From Octopus sinensis (taxonomy: Eukaryota), in assembly GCF_006345805.1 (NCBI RefSeq), contig NC_043005.1:90830001-90894000 (forward strand): a stretch of DNA of 64,000 nt, read 5' to 3'. A model generated the notes under the pieces. The model had not been told where the DNA came from, did not search any database, and saw nothing but the letters and a program-made list of their open reading frames with translations. This document shows, one piece after another, positions 63,488-64,000 of this stretch. Both the position numbers and the translations under genes were made by a program. The stretch's first letter is position 1. Every line of letters starts with the position of its first letter.

Positions 63488-63540
63488 AACAAAACTGTCC
63501 GACGAACGGGAACGTGAAACTCTGAGTAACAGCTTTTGTT
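63488..63540 (+). ncRNA. Compact type I hammerhead-like motif (U4C variant)
   Basis: aacaaaactgt-CCGACGA-acg(ggaa)cgt-GAAAC-tctga-GTA-acag(c)ttttgtt. Confidence 0.6.
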
Positions 63541-63654
63541 ATATTTCTGCTGCTTTTAAATAAAGCATATTACTCTACCTCTGGTATTTGAGTACTCTTT
63601 TTTTTCCCACTTTATTTCACATTTATGTGCTTACTCCGGTATGTATGTATATAT

Positions 63655-64000
63655 ATTGTGTCATCTCATAAATAATGTTGGTTTTTTGTACTTCTTAAAT
63701 TTTTGAAACTTAAGACAGAGTTCTTTTTTAATCTAAAATATACTCTCATTTTCTACAATGTTCTTCCATCTACCTAGTAGACTTGCAAGGCCCCTCTTCC
63801 AAAGTTCACATGTCTGTGATGAAAAATACTTCTCCAGTACTGTGCTGACTTGGTCAACAGAATTCATATTTTTTCGTCCAAATGATTTTGAAGACTGCAG
63901 AATAAATGATAATCAGATGGGGCAATGTCCAGCGAATATGGTGGGTGGGGCATAGTTTCCCATTCGAACTACTCCAGCCCTTGGAATGTCATCCTTGCTG
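63655..64000 (-). mobile_element. Mariner relic, 3' part (same family as 33520-34264); runs off the window
   Basis: WETMPHPPYSLDIAPSDYHLFCSLQNHL; TIR-like TATTGTGTCATCTCATAAATAATG at ~63655. Confidence 0.88.

Overview
AT-rich, microsatellite-saturated eukaryotic DNA that is almost all intronic or intergenic. The repeat repertoire looks like an octopus (coleoid cephalopod) genome; this is inferred from remembered SINE/RTE families, not from a search. I found no rRNA, true tRNA, CRISPR array or complete gene. The window holds three tRNA-derived SINE families, RTE LINE fragments and solo RTE 3' UTRs, Penelope-like (PLE) RT/GIY-YIG remnants, mariner and DD37D transposase relics, and several Helitron families, one with a shuffled PIF1 helicase. 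The less routine content is as follows. (1) At least 10 hammerhead ribozyme (HHR) or HHR-like motifs, including four palindromic elements that carry HHR-type motifs pointing outward from the centre (25.4, 35.2, 42.1 and 43.8 kb). (2) A 1.1-kb insert that splits a SINE, has a 4-bp duplication, and encodes only a Tx1/L1-type ORF1 zinc-knuckle protein plus a 3' UTR. (3) Candidate host exons: a + strand signal-peptide exon at 22868-22951 and a - strand 15-nt microexon at 34292-34306. All alignments and folds were done by eye. Boundaries of degenerate repeats are approximate.
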